Shown here: piece after piece, positions 21,131-26,758 of the stretch
Layout of the letters: each line of letters begins with the position of its first letter
How positions within the stretch are numbered: position 1 is the stretch's first letter
NCBI RefSeq assembly: GCF_006345805.1
Contig: NW_021834125.1
Span: forward strand, 1 to 26,758
Source of the DNA: Octopus sinensis
Lineage: Eukaryota
Length of the DNA: 26,758 nt
Direction of reading: 5' to 3'
Made by a program: the position numbers and the translations under genes
The notes under the pieces: generated by a model
Database searches by the model: none
The model's input: the letters and a program-made list of their open reading frames with translations, nothing else
What the model was told of the DNA's origin: nothing

Positions 21131-21430
21131 TAGTTAGATAGTTAGTTAGTTAATTTTTTGGCTCAAAAAGCAAAAAAGCAAGGCCATGTAGGGGGACATG
21201 GAGTTATGTACAGGGTGGTGTTCATGTAAAGAGTTCAGGCCACTTGTGGTCAAGGGAGACTTTGAACCGAGCGGTCGTCGGCATCTTCACCATCTCGTCC
21301 GGCAGCTTATTCCACGGATCCGCAACCCGGACGGAGAAAGCCCTTCTCCTTCGATTGAGATTAAATCGTCGCAGATAGAGCTTTTCGGAATGACCCCCGC
21401 AGCCGACGCTCTGGAGCAGTGAGCGTGGGA
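21131..21430 (-). mobile_element. 5'-truncated CR1/L2-group LINE 3' end with (TAAC)n tail
   Basis: Minus strand: PERRLR[+1 G]GHSEKLYLRRFNLNRRRRAFSVRVADPWNKLPDEMVKMPTTARFKVSLDHKWPELFT* (TGA at 21222-21224). This is the typical RGH..KL......R..FFS.RV...WN.LP...V......FK..LD CR1 ORF2 C-terminus, followed by a short 3' UTR and aactaactaactaactatctaact. Confidence 0.92.
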
Positions 21431-22036
21431 GAGAGTGATAGAGATGTGTGTGTGTGTGTGTGTGTGTGTGTTTCTGTCTGCTTGTGTTTCAGTGACATTT
21501 CAGAGAATGATCCAACAGCTAATAGGAAATTGTGTGGAATAAAAAAATCTACAAGAACATGTAATTTTGTGGATTTCTTAATTCGACACAAATGTCACAA
21601 ACTGTGTGTTTGAGCAGTTGATTTTATCTCCCCACCCCCAGTAAATGACTGGTATTTTTAATTGATTAATCCTGATGGAGATTTCAGCACTAAATTTCTG
21701 AAGAGCAAACAATTATAATTGAGCATCGGACTAAAGTACCTACAGTATTTGGTCCGGGTTCAAATGCTGCTGTACTCAAATTTGTTTTCATTCTTTCAGA
21801 GATAATAGAATTTAAAATGATTCCAGTCAAATACTGAGCGATTTAATCGACAAACCCATTGCTCCAAATATGTATAATTTTCAGCAGGTGACTTCTATAG
21901 AATTTCGGCCGTTTCGCAACCTTTCAGCATGCAGGATGTTACGTGTGCATGTGTGCATTTACATGAATGCTCAACATAGTGCATTGAAACTGCATATTCA
22001 CAAACATATAGTATTATTATTGTTGTTGTTGTTGTT

Positions 22037-22435
22037 AAGGCGGCGAGCTGGCTGAATCGTTAGCACGCCGGGCGAAATGCTTAGCAGTATCGGTCTGGCG
22101 CTACGTTCAGTGCTCAAATTCCGCCGATGTCAACTTAGCCTTTCATCCTTTCGGGGTCGATAAATTAAGTACCAGTTACGCACTGGGGTCGATGTAATCG
22201 ACTTAATCCGTTTGTCTGTCCTCGTTTGTCCACTCTGTGTTTAGCCCCTTGTGGGCAGTAAAGAAATAGGTATTTCGTCTACCGCTATGTTCTGCGTTCA
22301 AATTCCGCTGAGGTCGACCTCTCCTTTCATCCTTTCGGGGTCGATTAAACAGGTACCAGTTACGCATTGGAGTCGATATAATCTATTTAATGCCCTCCCC
22401 CAAGCTGCACTTGTGGCAAAAGTTTGAAATCAGCA
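22037..22435 (+). mobile_element. Family A SINE dimer (young unit 22037-22270 fused to a headless older unit 22271-22435)
   Basis: Junction gtaaagaaatagg|tatttcgtc; the second unit ends cttgtggcaaaagtttgaaa followed by (att)n. Confidence 0.9.
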
Positions 22436-22477
22436 TTATTATTATTGTTGTTGTTGTTGTTGTTGTTGCTGTTCATA

Positions 22478-22680
22478 CAGCGAGCTGGCAGAATCGTTAG
22501 CACGCCGGGCAAAAATACTTAGCGGCATTTTGTCCATCCTTACGTTCTAAGTTCAAATTCCGCCAAAGTCGACTTTGCCTTTCATCATTTCGGGGTCGAA
22601 AAGTTAAGTACCATTCTGTCTGAAAATTTCAGGCTTTGTGCCTTTAGTAGAAAAGATTATCATTATCATTATTATTGTTG
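22478..22680 (+). mobile_element. Family A SINE
   Basis: cagcgagctggcagaatcgttagcacgccgggc ... gtcgactttgcctttcatc. Confidence 0.88.
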
Positions 22681-23000
22681 TTGTTGTTGTTTAAAACGAT
22701 TTGTATTCAAACCCATGTAGGTTCGTCACCCGTCTTTTGTACAACTTTTTATCCTTTAGTAAATGTTTTCTATAGTTATTTTGCTAAACTAATATCCTCA
22801 AATTAACAAGTTGGTTTTTAGGAATTTTAAGGATAATAACAGACTTTCCTGACTAGTTGAGCAGTAATTAATTAGTGCCAAATTTATTATGTAATTATTT
22901 TCGATTGGTACCAGAGTACTGGTTGATTAAATTATTATGGTGTTGGCGTCCCAGTAAAAACTAATTTAATTATGTCTCGATATTCACATAAATATATTTA

Positions 23001-23211
23001 TTTCTATTTTTAACATAAGCGCGGCTATGCGGCGAGAAGTTTATTGCCCAACCACATAGTTCCGGGTTCTGTCCCAATGCGTGGTAGTTCGAGCAAGGGT
23101 CTTCTACTGTAGCCTTGAGCTGACCAAAAGCCTTGGGGGACTGAACTCACGACCATGTGGTTAGGAAGCAAACTTTTTACCATACAGCCACGCCTATGTT
23201 AAAAATAGAAA
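23001..23211. repeat. Inverted repeat (75-bp arms, 61-bp spacer) made of two family D SINE heads plus identical 17-bp flanks
   Basis: 23001-23017 tttctatttttaacata is the exact reverse complement of 23195-23211; 23014-23075 and 23137-23198 align without gaps at 44/62. Confidence 0.85.
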
Positions 23212-23239
23212 AAAATATCTTGATGCATATCGATACTGT

Positions 23240-23390
23240 GTGTGTGTGTGTTCATCACCACTTGGGAGCCGATGTTTGTGTGTTTACGTCCCCGTAACTT
23301 AGCAGTTCGGCATAAGAAAAAGAAAAAGTAATAGATGTAGGCTTTAAACAGTACTGAGGTCGATTCATTCGACTGAAAAATCTATAGCTT
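23240..23390 (+). mobile_element. Family D SINE 3' part
   Basis: gtgtttacgtccccgtaacttagcagttcggc..gtactgaggtcgattcattcgac. Confidence 0.8.
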
Positions 23391-23404
23391 TGCCTTTATT
23401 TACC

Positions 23405-23444
<40 letters not shown>

Positions 23445-23985
23445 GAGTGAGAGAGCAGTGAGAGAGCAGTGCATGCCATTAAAGTATACGAAACCCAGTA
23501 TACCCATCATGACTACCCGTCTGATAAGGGTACACCAGGCACATGCATCACAACCATATGTGCGCGACATGATGATCTCATATCAAGATAAACAGCACAT
23601 GACCTTGTAGGTGGACCCAGTTAGAATTTTCTTCTGGTCGATTAACCCATCCTGCTCAAAAGGTCCCTGAGTAAGGATTGTTTAAGGATGTTGAACGAAA
23701 CACCCATGTTTCCAAAGGTGAATTATCCAAACCCCAAAGAATCCCTCTCAACACATGGCTATGATGCTCCTCCACAACTTCTGCTCGTGATCAGAGATGC
23801 ACATATCATCAGCCACTAAGGGACATGCTCAACTGGTTGAGGTCAAACAACTGACAAGCGAATCTGTGGTATTGAGCAGAATATTTGCTGTAGCCCATCT
23901 TTTATACCAAGACAAAACAATGTACATGATAACACTTCCAATCAGTTAAGATGTACATGATAACACTTCCAATCAGTTAAGATTA
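23405..23985 (-). mobile_element. (AAT)n-tailed retroposon copy with small terminal duplications
   Basis: Collinear with the other copies; an 11-bp duplication (agagagcagtg x2) near the tail and a 31-bp duplication (atgtacatgataacacttccaatcagttaag x2) at the 5' end. Confidence 0.88.
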
Positions 23986-24699
23986 TTATTATTATTATTA
24001 TTATAATAATAATAATAATAATAATAATTATTATTTTATTATAATACTTTCATATAATATTTATATGTATATACTGTGTTTGTGTGCTTTTGGTGTGTGT
24101 GTGTGCATTTGTCCGTCACTAACAATATCTTTAACACATTGTTAAATTCGATATATAAACAAATATAATGGCGAACTGACGACGGAAAGCCCTCATATTT
24201 ATGTACTTTTTTAACTCAGTGCTTTCTCGTGTTTACACATTAGAAATCATGTTTGTCTGTGTATGTATATATGTAGTATATATATATATACAATTAAGTA
24301 AGGGTTGAAATTGATATTAATCAATTAAATCCAGTGACCTAGCATATTTTTTAAAAATCCGAAGATTAAAAATTTTTTTACATACAAAATTTAGAGGACT
24401 GACCACTAAAAGTAGACAGCCTTTATGCTAGATATAGGCGTCAAAATCGCCATTTTCCACGAAGAATGTGTTCTCAAGAAAAAATTCAGCAAAAAACCAA
24501 AGTGTAAAAATAAGCAAGACAAATGAAAATATACGAAATAAAAAAAAAACGATTACCTATGTACTAATTAGTTTCACTTGTTAATATTTACGTATATGGA
24601 CACGTAAACATCTGCAAGATCATCAGTATAGTCTGTCGTTTACAAAACACATATGTTTTGTAAACGACAGACGATTCGATCTTCTGTGGGGCGATAGAG

Positions 24700-25421
24700 A
24701 CTAATGGTGCAGGTCGAATATATCTGGTATCTTTCATTCAGGTTCCTTGGAGAGATATAAAAAGGCAAGCTCATCTTCGGCTGGATTTGAACCCAGAACA
24801 GAGAGATATCGTTAAATACCGCAGCGTATTTCGTCCATGAAGGTGGCGAGTTTGGCAGAATGGCTAGCCTGCCGGACAAAATACCTAGCTGGATTTCCTC
24901 CGGCTCTTTGTGTTCAAATACCTTCGATGTCACCTTTACCTTTTGTTCCTTTTAGGGTCAATAACATCTATAACAAGTCAAGTACCGGAGTCCGTTTTAT
25001 CGGCGAACCTCCTCTCTTTAAGATTTCAGGATGTCTTGTACTGAAATGAAAAATCTTTGCGGAATAGCGTGGCTCTTTGGAATTAGGCACAAAATGCCTT
25101 CTCGTGTTTGTTCCACCACTTTATGTTCTGAGTTCAAATTCTGCTGAGGTCCCCTTTGTCATCACCCCTTTCACTGTCAATAAAAGAATGGTGGATCGGC
25201 TCAATCAATAAAGCGTCACACAAATTGTCTTAAGGACATTTGGACATTGATTAGTATTGTTTGGGATCGTTAAGGTGGCTGGCTGGGAAAATCATTGAAG
25301 TATGTACCAATTGTGTACTGAGGTCGATGTAGTCGATTACCCCGCTTCTCCCAAAATGTCAATCTTGTACTTATAGTAGAAAGGATTATTATTATTATTA
25401 TTATCATTATTATTATTATTA

Positions 25422-25460
<39 letters not shown>

Positions 25461-25990
25461 TAGATCTGAAAAGCAGAATCGTTAGCATGCCAGACAAAAT
25501 CCTTAGCGACATTTCGTCCGTGTTTACGTTCTCAGTTCAGATTCCGCCGAAGTCGACTTTGCCTTTCATCCTTTCGGGGGTCGATAAATGAAATAGCAGT
25601 GAAATACTTGGGTGAAACACTAGGGCCTATAGTTGCCAATCGAATAACTCCTTCCCCAAAAATTGCTGGCCTTGTACCAAAATTTGAAATATTATTTCTA
25701 GCTGTGTACAAGATCAGAAATCGGTAGGAGGAGGTAGTCAATTGAGTTGATCTTAGTACTTGTCTGGTCCTTGATTTATCGATGTCGGGAACTGAAATAC
25801 GATATTGACTGCAGTATGATTCGAACTCAGGGCCCAAGCATCCAGAACAAATTTCCTAAGACATATCATTCGACTCCCTAACACTCCCATCAGACTGGTT
25901 TGATTCTTTAAGGAATGAAAAGTAAAGATTGGCCGCGGTGGGATTCGAACCCGGAGCAGAGATAACCATAACAAATACAAAGCACTTTGT
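24700..25990. mobile_element. Cluster of about seven old, degenerate family A-like SINE fragments in mixed orientation
   Basis: Recurrent ttctgagttcaaatt and gtcgactttgcctttcatcc blocks; best copy at 25480-25700 (+); perfect B-box ggttcgaatccc on the minus strand near 25940-25951. Confidence 0.75.
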
Positions 25991-26024
25991 TTTGTTGTTT
26001 TTTTTTTTTTTGTTACTAGCCATA

Positions 26025-26200
26025 AATACAGGCATAGTTGTGTGATTAAGAAAATCACTTTGCAGTCACGGGATTTCGGGTTCAGTCCCACTGCCTAGCA
26101 CCTAGAGTATTATCTTCTGCTTTAAGCCCCGGTCGACCAAAGCCCTGTGAGTGGATTTGGTAGAGATGGAAACGGTGTACAAGCCCGTCGTGTGTATGTA
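26025..26200 (+). mobile_element. Family D SINE 5' part
   Basis: gggttcagtcccactgc..ggtcgaccaaagccctgtgagtggatttggtaga..aagcccgtcg. Confidence 0.8.
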
Positions 26201-26214
26201 TGTATGCGTGTTAA

Positions 26215-26227
26215 TATTATATATATA

Positions 26228-26297
<70 letters not shown>
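26215..26297. repeat. (TA)n array
   Basis: Direct reading. Confidence 0.97.
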
Positions 26298-26758
26298 ACG
26301 GAAGCTTTATGAAAATAAACAAAAGACGAAGGCAGGTGGAAAACAAACGAACAATTGTATTAGTATGGCGCTCAGGAAATATAAATAAAACAAGTCTTTA
26401 ACGTTTCGAGCCTACGCTCTTCAACAGAAAGATACACAGAGAGAGAAAAACACAGAAAGAAGGAGAGAAAAAAATGCGTGCATAGCTAACGAATCAACAT
26501 GGCGATCTGATTTCGGCCAGAGGTCAAAGATCAAACATGAGACGCGAGAGCGAAATAAGGGGAGATAATAGGGTTGAGGGACCAGCTAAAAGTGCGTGGG
26601 AGGGGTCTGGATGTGTATGTATAGGGTTGGTGTATGTATTAGTAGTATAAGGGTGGTGTGTGTGTGTGTGTGTATGAGAGAGTATTAGTGCGTGGGTGGT
26701 TGGGGGACGTGCGTATGTATGGGGTTGGTGTATGTATTAGTATGTATTAGTATGTATT
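26298..26758 (-). mobile_element. Penelope-like element terminal region abutting (TA)n; runs off the window
   Basis: Begins immediately after (TA)n; homologous to 13720-13900; carries a hammerhead-like motif. The Penelope assignment is inferred from the motif, and no RT or GIY-YIG coding was recognised. Confidence 0.6.
26395..26432 (-). ncRNA. Minimal type I hammerhead-ribozyme-like motif
   Basis: Minus strand UCUUU | CUGUUGA | A | GAGC-GUAG-GCUC | GAA ACGU | U | AAAGA. Stem I has 5 bp, stem II has 4 bp with a tetraloop, stem III is the palindrome ACGU, and the core has A6U. Confidence 0.62.

Noticed and set aside
21198-21422. 74-aa plus-strand ORF MELCTGWCSC..
   Set aside because: It is the antisense frame of the CR1 LINE remnant.
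24168-24200. CTGACGA-CG-GAAA hammerhead-like core
   Set aside because: No room for stem II and no stems I or III.
25925-25965. Perfect B-box GGTTCGAATCCC suggesting a tRNA gene
   Set aside because: No cloverleaf or acceptor stem; it continues into SINE-like body sequence, so it is a tRNA-derived SINE head.

Overview
AT-rich, repeat-saturated non-coding animal DNA, most likely from a coleoid cephalopod (Octopus). That assignment is an inference from the tRNA-derived and CORE-type SINE families and the extreme (TA)n/(CA)n/(AAT)n density. No intact protein-coding gene is supported; nearly all ORFs in the track are microsatellite or SINE read-throughs. The window holds about 30 SINE copies or fragments, five copies of an (AAT)n-tailed retroposon, and two frameshifted LINE fossils missed or mis-framed by the ORF track (R4/Dong-type RLE at 10.6-11.1 kb, CR1-type at 21.1-21.4 kb). 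It also contains a SINE-derived higher-order minisatellite at 7.96-8.5 kb. The most interesting signals are: (1) up to four minimal hammerhead-ribozyme-like motifs of the Penelope type, with stem covariation, three of them in short elements abutting (TA)n arrays; (2) a compact RFX/ETS/double-CCAAT promoter-like module at 19.86-19.96 kb pointing at a candidate 91-nt exon on the minus strand; (3) a recurrent SINE-dimer junction; and (4) a SINE fold-back whose unique flanks form a perfect 17-bp inverted repeat. Family labels A-E are my own. Repeat boundaries are approximate (about +/-10-20 nt); motif coordinates were counted by hand.
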